Below, piece by piece: positions 11,966-23,859 of a DNA stretch of 64,000 nucleotides (positions are counted from its first letter, which is position 1; every line of letters begins with the position of its first letter). The notes below the pieces were generated by a model. The model was not told where the DNA came from. It searched no databases and saw only the letters and a program-made list of their open reading frames with translations. Source of the stretch: Cyanophora paradoxa CCMP329 (lineage: Eukaryota > Plantae > Glaucophyta); the NCBI GenBank assembly GCA_004431415.1, contig QPMI01000423.1, positions 62,001 to 126,000 on the forward strand, in the 5' to 3' direction. The position numbers were made by a program, and so were the translations under genes.

Positions 11966-14900
11966 TCACCGCGTCCCCAATCGCCAGCCCTGCGAAGCAA
12001 CCCCAGGCGGCTCGAGGGCGGCCCGGGAGGGGCCGGCGGGCGGGCGAGGGCAAGGGCGCCGGCGCCGGCGCCGGAGCGGCGCACCCATGAAGCGGCACAG
12101 GAGTTCGAGGTTGAAGCGCTGGCTCCTCACCACCTGCGCGCGCGGGAGCGGTCGCAAGCCGTTAGATCGCAGATGGCGGCGGCGGAGAGAGCGGGTAGCG
12201 GCGGCGGGGCCGGCGCGGGGCGCACGGCCATGTCGATGCGGTGCCGCTCGAAGGCCTCGAGGAGGTGCCCGCACTCCGCCCCCTCCAGGAGGGCCTGCGT
12301 CCGCCCTCGGGGAAGGCGAAAGAAAGGGGCGGAGCGGGGTTCGAACCCGGAGCTCGGCGGCATCCGCGCGGGCGGGGGACGAGGCGGGGGCGCGGCCGGA
12401 AGCGGGGGCGGGGGCGGAGGCGACTGGCGCCGGCCGAGGCGGAGGCGGAGGCGGGAGAGGGTAGAAAACGTCGGAGGCGGGGGCGGGGGCGGGCGTAACC
12501 GGCGCGGGCAGGGGAAGCGCCGGAGGCGGAGCCGGCGGGGGCGACGGGGCCGAGGGCGGGGGCGGGGGCGGGTCGAAGGGGGCGGGGCGGCGGAGGCGGA
12601 GGCGGAAGACGCGCTGGGCGGGCGCGGGAAAGGCGTCAGGGCGGCGCGGCGGAGAGGCGGGCTCATAGGGATCCCGCCCTAGCGCTGGGTCCAGCGGCTG
12701 CTATGAAGCCGCGTTCCGGCAGCGGCGAGGCGCAAGCAGCGGCGTGGCCATGGCCCCGACGCTCAAAAGAAGCCCAAACGGGGGCCTAACGGGCCCACTA
12801 GCACTTCCAGAAGAAGCGGGGAGGGGAGGCGTAGGGGCGGGCGGCGCGGCCCTCACCAGACAGGCCCACTAGAACTTGCAGAAGAAGCGGAAAGGCGTAG
12901 GGGCGGGCGGGGGCGGCCCTCACCTGGACGAAGACGGGCTCGCCGTTCAGCTCGAGGTCGGGCAGCGTCGATTGGTCCACGAAGAGGTGCAGCAGGTCCG
13001 GGTCGCTGCGGGGGGGTGGGGGGGGGGGGGGGGGGTAGGAGAAGGCTCAGATGAGGCCGGGGGGAGGGGGGGGTAAGGGAGGGGATAGCCTGAGAGAGAT
13101 AGCCTAGCTTCGAGAGAGAAATCGTCTAAGGTGGCTTAGGTGTGGGCCAGAAGAGGGGGCGTGGGGATGGGGGAGGGGAAGAAGAAGAGGGGGGGTAGGG
13201 TGCCTCCAGATCTCGAGGTGGAGGAGCTCCTCGTCGGCGGGGTGCGGCTCGGGCCCCAGGAAGCCCAGCGCCGCCCCGATGTCGTACTGCAGGAGGGCGG
13301 GCGGGGGGCGTGAGCGAGGGCGTGCCTCAGAAGAGGAGGAGGAGGCCGCGTGATAGGTAGATAGTACATAGATAGCTATAGATAGATAGGTAAGATAGAT
13401 AGATCGATAGATAGATAGCTTCATAGTAGGATAGAAGGCTTCATAGTAGTCGATAAATAGATAGAAAGGATGCCGGCCCTGCTGGGGCGGGGCGGGGCGG
13501 GACGGAACGGACGCGGAGGATAGATAGATAGATAGAAAGGAGGCTTCATAGTAACAGATAGATAGATAGATAGAAAGGAGGCCATGCTGGACGGCGGGGC
13601 GGAGCCGGGCGGGTCGGGGCGGGGCGGTGCGGGGCGGACGCGGGCGTTGAGGCGGGAGGCGATGCGGCCCTGCTCGAGGTCCGTCCGCAGCGAGAAGTCC
13701 AGCAGCGACCTGCGCCCGGCCAGGGCGGGCGGGAGGGCGCCCCGTCAGGAAAGGGCGCGCGCGAGATCGCATGTGTGGCTAGCCGGCGCTATCCGGCTAG
13801 GCCGGCGCTGTATGGCGACCTGGGCCCAGGGCGGGCGGGCGGGCGAGCGAGCGGGCGGGCCGCCCCGTCAGCGACGAGAAGAGGGGCGCCCGCGCGCGCG
13901 AGATCGCATGCATGGCTATCCGGCTAGGCCGGCGCTAAGGCAGGCAGCTCGCTAGCAGCTCGCTGACTCCGGGCGGGCTTGGGCGGGCGGGGCGGGGCGG
14001 ACCGGGAGGGGAGGTCGAGGACGAGGACGCGGTTGCCGTTCTCGGAGAAGTGCAGCGGCCGGCTCCGGTACTCCTGCCCCCGCCCGCCCGCGTCAGAGAG
14101 GGCTCCCGAGGAGGGGCCGTCCTTTGGGCGCTCACAGAGCGTTCGGATTCTATGCAGTTCCTTACGAGACGCGACGCCATGCAGCGGCTCTCGCTATGTT
14201 AGGAAGGACTCTCGACGGGGTTAGGCTCCGAGGCTCCGAGGGAGCAGCTTTGGGGCGGGCGGCGGCGGGGTGTGGGAGGGGGGGGGGGGGGGGGGGGGGG
14301 GGGGTACGCCCGCTCGCCTCGGGGAAGTCGAAGTGGAGGTCGGCGCCGTCGCGCCACGCGAAGAAGCCGACGCGCACGTCCCGCGGCGCCGCCCGCTCGC
14401 CCTCCTCGTCCTCCTCGCTCTCCTCCGTCGCAGTCTGCCGCCCGCCCGCCCCAAAGCCTCAAACAAAGCGCCACTGAGGCCTTGTCGAGGGGTACCCCTC
14501 CCCCCTTCCCCCCCCCCCCCCCCCCCCCCCCCCGCGCACGAGGAGGAAGTAGTGGGCGCCCGACGAGAAGAAGACCCGCTCCTGCGAAAGAAGAAGTGAG
14601 GCGGCGAGAAGAAGGGAGGAGGGGGCGCCCCGCCCCGCCCCGCCCTCGTGTTTCGTCCATCCCCAGGCCTAGCTAGTTAGCTCTGGCTTGCTTGCGCCCC
14701 GCTCCGCCTAAGCAGGCGGGATGGGGGTACATCGGACCTGGGCGCCCTCGGGGGTGCCCCGAAGAAGGCTCTCGGGGAGCTCCCAGTCCTCCACCACCCG
14801 CTCCCGCACCAGCCGCACCTGCAGGGAGGGAGGGGGGCGGGGGCTCAGGGGGGGGAAGAGAGCGCGTGTGAGGGCGTCTAGGGAGATGCAGCTGCAGGCC

Positions 14901-16503
14901 ACGAAACACTGGGCGGAGGCAGAGTGTGCTGAGGCCCGCCCTACAAGCTATAGCTTGGCGGGCGAGCTAAAGGCGGGCGAGGGAAAGCTGGGCGCAAGCC
15001 ACGAGCTAGCGGGCGGGCGGGAGGGCGGGCGGGCGCTCGCACCTCGAGAAGGCCGGCTCCGGCGCCGCCCGTCACGAACGCCCGGTCGCTGAAGTCCGCC
15101 TGCAGGAGGAGGGGAGGCGGCCCTTCAGCGGGGGGGGGGGGGGGCGAGGGCGCGAGGCTGGGGTCGGCTGGGCGGCGCCGATCACTGACGGCGGGCCGGG
15201 AGGCTGGCCCGGCCACTCGTAGAAGCCTTGGGGCACCGAAGGCCTAGGGCCTAGATGCCGCCTAAAGACTCTATAGACGCCAAGGCCTGAGCTGAGCTTA
15301 GGGTGCTCCCTCTACCAGACCGGCGCACCTCGTAGAGGAGGAGGCGGTGGCGGCTGGTGAAGAGCGCCACGCGCGAGAGCTCCGGGATGAAGTCGCACGC
15401 CCGGATCTGAAGAGGGGGGTACACGAGGTGAGGGGGGGAGGGGGGGAGGGGCCGGGGGCAGGGGGATCTTGAGCCTTGGGCAAGCTTAGACTCTCGTGGG
15501 AGGCTCTCGTAGCCCGTAGGCTTAGGCTAGAGGGGGCTGGTGCTTCGCGCCGCCAGCTTCGAGTGACGGAGACGGGCCGCCTCGCCTTCGGCTCTCTAAC
15601 GCTTCGGCCTAGGCTTCTTAGCGGACGGAGGCTATCTCCTCGCCACGTCCTTGGGGAGGGGGCCTATCAGCTTAGAGCAGGAGGGACGTGGGCTCTTAGG
15701 CTTAGCTAGATCTTAAGCTCAGTTATCTTGGCCTGGCTCAGCTAAGCTCAGGGGGTCGGGGGCGGACCTCCTCGTCCTTGGGGAGGAGCGCCGCGCCCGA
15801 GAGCCGGAACCAGCCGCCCTGCCCGCGAGCAAGCGAGCAAATAATAAGTGCGTGAGCGAGATTGCTGAGGGCGAGGTTCACTGCCAGCTAGACGTTGGAG
15901 GGAGGGAGAAGGGGAGAGCGGAGGGGGGGGGGGGGGGGGGGGGGCGAACCTCGCGGGAGCCGGCCGGGGCGGCGGGGGGGAAGGGGACGGTGAGGACGCC
16001 GTCCGCCGAGCGGAGGCGGGCCTCGGGGGGCGAGGAGAGGAGGACGGCCTCCGGGCCCGGCGCCGCCGGCAGGGGCGGCGGGGGCGGAGGCGGAGGCGGA
16101 GCCGAAGCCGAAGCCAGCGGAGATGAAGCCAGCGGAGCCGAAGAAGAAGAAGAAGGAGAAGGGGAGTGCCCTGCGGGCTCCGAGAAGCGGTAGACGCCCG
16201 AGGCGCCGGGGTGGTGCGCCAGGGGGAAGCCTGAAGTGAAACTAAGCCGAACAGGCGAGCAGAACAGAGCGCCGAGGAGGGGGAGGAGCAGGAGAGAAGG
16301 CGGCGCGGCACCGAGGCGCGTGGCGAAGAGAGATAGCTAATTATCGATAGAGATAGATGGACAGGTAGAAAGGAGGCCCCAAGTGGCTTAAATCTCTAAC
16401 ACACCTAAGCCGTAGTCGAGAAGATAGCCCCACACGTAAGCCGCCTTGGGCTATCTAGCTCTCCGCGCACCGATGCGCTTGGCAAAGACATACAGACAGA
16501 TAA

Positions 16504-16548
<45 letters not shown>

Positions 16549-16675
16549 GAGGTAGATAGACAGGAGGCTTCATAGTAGTAGATAGGCTTAGATCTCTCCG
16601 CCTTAGCCTTAGTTGAGATAGCCCCCACACCTAAGCCGCACGCACCGACGCGCTTGGCGAAGACGATGAGGGTGC

Positions 16676-16710
<35 letters not shown>

Positions 16711-17967
16711 ATTGATAGATAGATAGGTAGAAAGGAGGCCCAATGTGGCTCAAATCAAGGCGGCTATCCACCACACCACACACACCTAGCCGCCTTGGGC
16801 TTTATCTAAGGCTATCCGTCTCGCGGCGCACCGATGCGCTTGGCGAACACGATGAGGGTGCTGCTCTGCACGGCGACGACGATCGAATCGACGTGGTAGT
16901 CCAGCAGCAGCAGCGGCGCCCCCTTGCGCGGCGGGTCCTGCGGGCCCAGCTTGAGCAAGGCAGGCTTGCTAGGGGGGGAGGGAGGGGGAGGGGGGTACCG
17001 AGGGGAGGTAGACGTCGAAGGCGGACAGGGGCGCCCCGGATTCGAACTCGAAGCAGTGGGCTGCCTGGGGCAGGCCGCCCTCCCCCTCCTTCGTCAGGTA
17101 CCACACCACGCTGCGAAGCGTACCCCCCGCCCGCTCAGCGTGCGCGTACCCCCGGAAAGCCGCGCGGGCGAAGCTGCGCGGCGCACTCTTTCTGGCCCTT
17201 CACGCCTGTGAACCTGCGCGCGGCGCGTTTCTCAGCGTGCCGTCCGCGGCGCCGCAAGATGCGCGCGAGGGCGGGCTGGAGCCGTTTCCAAATATGATCA
17301 TTGAAGAAGCTTAGAAGAAAGCTTATTGGACAAGCTAGAGCTTATTAGCGGACCAGGTGATGTCGCAGTAGGAGGAGCCGCAGAGGTGGCGGACGCGGCG
17401 GCGGGCCGCCGGCTCCGAGTTCATGCTGTGGAGCACGTAGTCGAAGTCCACGTTGCCGCGGTACTCCTGGATGATGCAGTACTTGCCGTTCGTCGCGTGC
17501 ACCTGCGGTGGCATCGGTCGGGGCGCTCCGCGGCCGGAATGGAGCGGGCGGGGGCGCGCCCACTGGTCGGCGCCGGCGGTGGCGAGGCATTCGACCAGCG
17601 TCGAGTCGCGGTACTCGAGCAGCGAGCGGCGGATGTCCTCCTTCGTGCCGGCGCGCCAGTCGTCACCGAACGCGCGCCTGTAGTAGCGCGCGGCGAGCTC
17701 GGGCTGGTCGACCATGTCCTCGACCACGGCGCGCATTCGCCTGCAGGTCCGGTGGAGCGAAGCCACGTCCTCGTGGTGCAGCAGCATGATCACCGCCTCC
17801 AGCAGCCCCTCCGGCAGCCGCAGGAGGGGCGGATCCTCCTCGAGCTCGTCCGCGTCCGCGACCATCGCGTCCGCCGCGCGGGGCTCGCGCGATCCGTCGT
17901 TGGCACGATCTCCTCCCCTCGCGTCGCTTGCACTGCGCTGCGCGTTGCCCATCGCGAGCTCGACCAT
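11966..17967 (-). CDS. F-box protein with a beta-strand-rich middle and a C-terminal SAM-like domain (multi-exon)
   Basis: F-box LLRLPEGLLEAVIMLLHHEDVASLHRTCRRMRAVV (~17720-17827). In-frame splicing ...CDITW|FTGVKGQKD|VVWYLTKE...AFDVYLPS|QACL...SSTLIVFAKRI links it to downstream exons. SAM-like QALLEGAECGHLLEAFERHRIDMA at ~12226-12297. Confidence 0.7.
13352..13580. repeat. Degenerate (GATA)n/(TAGA)n microsatellite in an intron
   Basis: Runs such as gatagataggtaagatagatagatcgatagatagatagct. Confidence 0.85.
16495..16730. repeat. (GATA)n microsatellite blocks within a tandemly duplicated intron segment
   Basis: Near-perfect tagatagata... runs at ~16505-16560 and ~16676-16730. Confidence 0.9.
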
Positions 17968-18172
17968 GAACTCAAGGGGGGCGAAGTCGCAGCCGGGTAG
18001 ACGACTTTCAGACGAGCGCAACGTGTCTCTGCGGTGTGAGAGGGGACAAGTGAGCCGCACGAAGGCTCGCTAAAGTCGGTGAGCGCATTCGCCGCAAAAA
18101 CCGCAAACGCGTCGAGCGGCACGAGCGAAGCTCACCTCATCGCCACTTGGCCGTCGCAGATTCCGCGCTCCG
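17968..18172. promoter_or_regulatory. Putative bidirectional promoter (F-box gene / NSF)
   Basis: Only ~205 bp between divergent ATGs at 17967 (-) and 18173 (+). Confidence 0.5.
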
Positions 18173-21100
18173 ATGAGCCTCTTCGGTCGTGGGAACAGTC
18201 CCAGCGTGCCGCCGCGGCAGACGCCGCCTCCTCCGGTCCCAGCAAGGCCGAAGGACGACGATGCGCCGGCGCGGCCACGGGCGCACGCCTCCCGCGGGGG
18301 CGTCGCCCGCCTCTCCATGGAGGTCTCCTCGTGCCCTTCGCAGGACCTCGCGCTATCGAACATGGTCTTCCTGCATCCTGACGACTTCGCTTCCCTGTCG
18401 CCCAACGGCGAGAAGGTCTACGTGATGCTGAACGGCTTCGTGTACACCGCCGCGTGCGTAGCTAAGCGCGGCGATGCTTTCCGCGCTAACCGGCTCGCGC
18501 GCGCGCGCAGCGGGAACTCGGGCGTGGGAACGGGCAAGGTCGCGCTGAACGGCGTGCAGCGGCGGATCACGCGCACGTCGGGAGGCGACGCCGTGACGCT
18601 GGAGACCTTCACACCGGACTCGATGATCACATCCGTGACTTACGAGGCGAGCGGCGCGGGCGGGCGGTGGCCTGCGCGCGGGCTGGCGGAGCTGACGGCG
18701 CGCCCGCAGGTTGACCTGAACCTGAAGGTCAAGGGCCAGGCGGAGACAGTTGAGCACGACGAGTTCGCGGGCAAGATCCGCGACCGCTTCAAGAACCAGG
18801 CCCGCCCTTCCGCCCGCCGCCCGAGCCCGCCCCAACTCCATCCGCCTCTGATCTGATCCGCGCGCGGTCGGCAGGTCATGAGCATGGGCCAGGAAATCGT
18901 CATGGAGTTCCTGGGGAAGAACTTCCTCATCAAGGCGGGCCCCGCCGGCTCGGCTCACGCGCATCCCGCGCGCAGCCTCCTAACCCGCGCCCCGCGCGCC
19001 TGTTCGAGCAGGTGGTCGACATGGAAGCGCAGGCTACGGTCAAGAGCGGTGCGCCGAGCCGCACCCCGCTCGCTCTGCCCCGCCCGGTCCTGCCTCGAGC
19101 GGGCGGGCGAGCGGGCGGGGCGGCAGGGCACAAGTCGCACGCGCTGCTGACGGTGGAGACGGAGGTTATGTGCCGCAAGGTCCCCGAGGGCGGCGCCGTC
19201 AAGATCCAGGGCGGCGAGAGGCGAGCCGCGCCGCCGCGCCGCTCCGCCGCGCCGCCTCGCAACTCTGAGCCCGCGCGCGCAGCCACAGGCCGAACGTCGG
19301 CATCATCGCGCCGGACTGGAACTTCGAGAAGATGGGCATCGGAGGCGAGCGCGCGACCGCTGCCCCTGCCCCCGCCCCTGCGCCCCTCACCTTTCTTCCT
19401 CTCCCCTGCGCCCCCTCCCTCCCTCCCTCGCTCCCTCCCTCCGGCAGGCCTCGACAAGGAGTTCACCGACATCTTCCGCCGCGCCTTCGCCTCTCGCGTC
19501 TTCCCCCCGAGGCGCGCCCCGCCCTCCCGCCCCGCCCCGCCCCGCCCCGCCCGCCCCGCCTCCTCTTCTCTCCCCGCGCCCCGTCCGACCGGCTCCGCGC
19601 CGCGCCCGCCGCGCCCGCCGCGCCCCGCAGCGTCATCAAGAAGCTCGGCCTGAACCACGTGAAGGGTGCGCGCGCGCCCTCCCGCCCTCCTCGATCAACT
19701 AACTCGACGCGCCCCAGGCATGCTCCTGTACGGGCCCCCCGGCACTGGCAAGACGCTCATCGCGCGGCAAATCGGGAAGATGCTGAACGGGCGGGAGCCC
19801 AAGGTGGTGAACGGGCCCGAGATCCTCAACAAGTACGTGGGCGCCTCGGAGGAGAACATCCGCAACCTCTTCAAGGACGCCATCGCCGACCAGAAGGTCG
19901 GGCCTTCCATCCCGGCCCGGCCTAGAGAAGCAAGGCGCAGAGGGCGCTCCGGGGCGCAGGCGAACGGGGAGGACAGCGCGCTGCACATCATCATCTTCGA
20001 CGAGATCGACGCGATCTGCAAGCAGCGCGGCTCCGGCCGCGACGGCACCGGCGTCCACGACACCGTCGTCAACCAGGTCCGCCCGAACCCAGGCCCGGCC
20101 GGGCTGGCCGGCTGGGCTAGAGGGCCGCTCCAGCCTTCTGCCGCCCCGCCGCCCCTGCCCGCCTCGCCTGCTCGGGGCGAGGCTATGCCGGGCTGGGCTG
20201 GGCTAGAGGGCCGCCCCGCCGCCCCTGCTCGCCTCGTCTGAATGAACGAACCCCGCCCTCGCCCTTGTTTCGCGGGCCAGCTCCTCTCGATGATCGACGG
20301 CGTGGATTCGCTCAACAACATCCTCGTCATCGGTATGACCAACCGCAAGGTGGGCCAGGAGGAGGACGGACGCCCGCTGCTGTGTGTCGCCCTCCCCTGA
20401 CGCCGTCCGGCGCGCAGGACATGATCGACGAGGCGATGATCCGCCCCGGCCGCCTGGAGATCCAGGTCCGAGCCCCCCCTCCCCCTCCCCCTGGCGGCCT
20501 CGCTTCACCCGCCTCCCCCGCGGCGCAGATCGAGATCGCCCTGCCCGACAAGGACGGGCGCCGCCAGATCTTCAACATCCACACCCGGCAGTGCGCGAGC
20601 CTCTCCTTCTCCCCGCGCGCCCGCCCTGCCCGGCCTCACGCGCGCCCGCGCAGCATGCGCGAGAACGGGAAGCTGGCCCGCGACGTCGACCTCGACTCCC
20701 TCGCCGTCCAGGTGCGCCGCCCCTTGGCATGGGACGACCGGGATCGGATGGAAGCGATTCCGGCGGCGGAAATTTCTCGTGTAGAACTAAGCAATGCACC
20801 CTTCCGCCGACCCTCCTCCCTCTCCCCGTCCCCCTGAAACTGACCCCCGCCCCGCCCCGCCCCGCTACGCCCCGCAGACGAAGAACTACACGGGCGCCGA
20901 GATCGAGTCGGTCGTCAAGGGCGCCGCCTCCTTCATGCTCCAGCGCAAAGCGCGCCCGCCCCGCCCGCCCGCCCGCGCTGCCGGGAGATAGATAGATAGC
21001 CTAAGCTGGCTTTGGTGTGGCGAGATCGCCACACCTGAGCCACCTTATGCTGTCTATCTATCTCCCCCATGCAACTCTACTCTGCTCTAGCCTACTAAAC

Positions 21101-23171
21101 GCCTTCCCCCGCGCAGCTGGGGCTGGCGAACATCCGGGAGACGAACCTCACGGACACGCTCAAGTCCCTCAAGGACCTCGACGACGTCCAGGCACGCCCG
21201 CACCCGCCCGCCCGCCCCGCCCCACGCTCTCTAGTGAACCAAATGGCCAGCCGGCTAGCCGGCTAGCCGGCCTACTAGCTAGCTGAAACCAAGGACCTCG
21301 ACGGCGTCCAGGCGCGACCCCCTAACTAACTAACCAACCAACTAGCTAAGCTAGCCAACTAAGTTAGCTAGCTAGCCAGCTAGCTGAAACCAAGGAGCTA
21401 GCTAGCTAGCCTCTGGCTAGCTGGCTAGCGCCCCCGCCCGCCCCGCCCACGCCCTCCCCTCGGCCCCGCCCTCGCTCGGCCCCTGACCGCCCCGCCCCGC
21501 TCCTCGGCCTCGGCCTCGGCAGGTTACGATGGCGGACTTCGAGCGGGCGCTGCAGGAGGTCCGCCCCGCCTACGGCGTACAGGAGGACGAGATCAAGGTC
21601 CGCGAACGAAGAGGAGAACAAATTAAACCGGCCGGCTTTGATTTCTAGCTGAACTGGCGAGCGAGGGCAAACACACTAAGCATCGAAAGGGCCAACGAAC
21701 CGAGTAAACACACGAAAGAGCTTGTTGATTAACTACGCTGTTAGACGTGCTAGCGACCGACTAAACGGGCAACGGCCCTGCTCCCTCCCTCGCGGAAGCT
21801 CGCTGGCTCGCTGGCTGGCTCTCCTGAGACTCGCGGCAGGACCGGATCGGGGACATCATTTCGTACGGCGAGAAGTACGAGCACCTTTGGAACTCCATCA
21901 AGTGCGCCGCGCCCCCTTGTCTCCCCCTCCTCCCACCGCCGAGCCGAGCCGCGCGCGCGCGCCAGGATCTTCATAGAGCAGCTGCGGCAGTCCGAGCGGC
22001 AGCGCTCCCTCTCTATCCTGCTGGAAGGTGCGAGCGAGCAAGCAATGCAGGAGCGTCCGGCGCCTCTGCCGGGGTGCGGGGGCGGGCGGGCGCCTCTTAC
22101 GGGCGAGCGCGCGCGGCGCGGCGCGGCGCAGGCGCGGTCGGGACCGGCAAGACGTCCCTCGCGGCGAAGGCCGCCATCGAGAGCGCGTTCCCCTTCGTAA
22201 AGGCACGCCGCCCGGCCCGCCCCGCCCTGATTTGATTTGATCTGATTTGATCTGAGCAGTTCGTGAGCCCGGAGGCACTCGTCGGCTACTCCGAGGGCGG
22301 CAAGTGCTCCGTCGTGACGAAGGCGAGCGGCCCCCCGCCCGCCCGCCCCCGCTCGCCCTAAGCCGCCTTCGCGTTTTGACGCCGACGCCGCCGCCGCCGC
22401 TCAGGTCTTCGACGACTCGTCCAAGTCCCCTCTCAGCGTCATCGTCCTGGACAGCATCGAGCGCATCCTGGGTCCGTCCGCCCCTCCCTCCCTCCCTCCC
22501 TGGGGCCCGCCCGCCCTCCCGACACGCGCCGGCGATCGCAGACTACACGGCGATCGGAATGCGCTTCTCGAACGCGGTCCTGCAGGCGCTCCTCGTCCTC
22601 ATCAAGCGCCAGCCGCCCAAGGCACGCAAGCGACGCTCGCAACGCTTGGCTCGACCTCTTATGCTTGCTTGCGCCCCGCAGGGCAAGAAGCTGCTGATCA
22701 TCGGGACGACTGCGGTGGCGTCCGTGCTGGAGACCATGGAGCTCTGCGCCGCCTTCAACATCACCCTCCACGTCCCCTCCCTGGGCCCCGAGGAGTGCCG
22801 CGCCGTCGTCGAGCAGGCCCGCCCCCCGCCTTCTCCTCCTCCTTCTTCTTCCTTCGAACTCCGCCCTCTGACTTCCGTCCGACTTGCGCCGCCTTCTCTC
22901 GCTCGCTCAGATGGGGGTCATGGAGAAGGGCGACCTCAACAAGTCCGTCAACGCCCTCGCCGGCGTGGACATCGGCATCAAGAAGCTGGTCCGCCCCCTC
23001 CTCCTCCTCCTCCTCCTCCTCCTCTTCTTCAGCGTTCTTCTTCTTCGGCCCGTGCTCACCCCCCTTCTTATTCTTCCCGCGCAGCTGCTGGTCCTCGAGA
23101 TGGCGCGCACGGAGGGCAGTTCCATCAGCCACCAGCGCTTCGTCGAGTGCATGCGCGACTGCGGCCTGTAG
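18173..23171 (+). CDS. NSF: Vesicle-fusing ATPase NSF/Sec18 (27 exons)
   Basis: N-domain [52 protein letters not shown]1 Walker [53 protein letters not shown]. Walker [29 protein letters not shown]2 [14 protein letters not shown] and [30 protein letters not shown]. Stop TAG at 23169-23171. Confidence 0.97.
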
Positions 23172-23733
23172 CCTATAGCTGTATATAGCCACTGTTGGCC
23201 AGTGGCATGTACGTAGCCTCAGGGGCTTGTAGTGTCGATTATGATCATGATCATGATGACTCATCAATCATGGGCTTCAAGCAAGTCGCGATCGCGATAA
23301 GCGCAATCGGAAATTGATTTGGAATTTGAAGAGGAGACATGTACATGTACAGTTTTTTTCCCGTGATCCCTCGTATATTCAATGATTCAGGAACACCGCA
23401 GTACAGACTCTAGATCTACAGTCTCTACTACAGAGTCTACTATAGCTACGTACGCAGCGGTACGCTACGAGTTATGGCTCTACCGTGTAATACTTATTTA
23501 CTGCGCCACAAATTACTGCCGCCGGTAGGCGCTTTACTGCGCTTCCGAATTACTGCGTTCCATCGGCCTCGAAAACTTTGAAATGCATTATCTGCAATGG
23601 GGGTACAGAGTCATGATCAGTAGTGGTACGTACTACGGCCGCGGTATACTATGATACAGACTCTGAGACTCCTTCCGAGTTCCTGAAGTGGCCAAATATT
23701 AATATACTATACTACTGTAGAATGCAAAACTTT

Positions 23734-23859
23734 ATTAGTCTGAAATTTTGTGCTATTCTTTGATTTGTGATTGCTTTGTTGTCCCTAATATCACTACCTA
23801 CGGGGGGTTCGCCGGCGCCCCACCGTAGTCTCTCAAAAAGAAAAAAATTAGTCTGAAAT
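23734..23859 (+). mobile_element. 5'-truncated non-LTR retroelement/SINE 3' end (stem-loop + oligo-A), copy 1, with 13-bp TSD
   Basis: attagtctgaaat at 23734-23746 and 23847-23859 flanks ...atcactacctacggggggttcgcc(ggcgcc)ccaccgtagtctctcaaaaagaaaaaa. The same tail recurs at 39501-39640 and 39866-39895. Confidence 0.8.
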
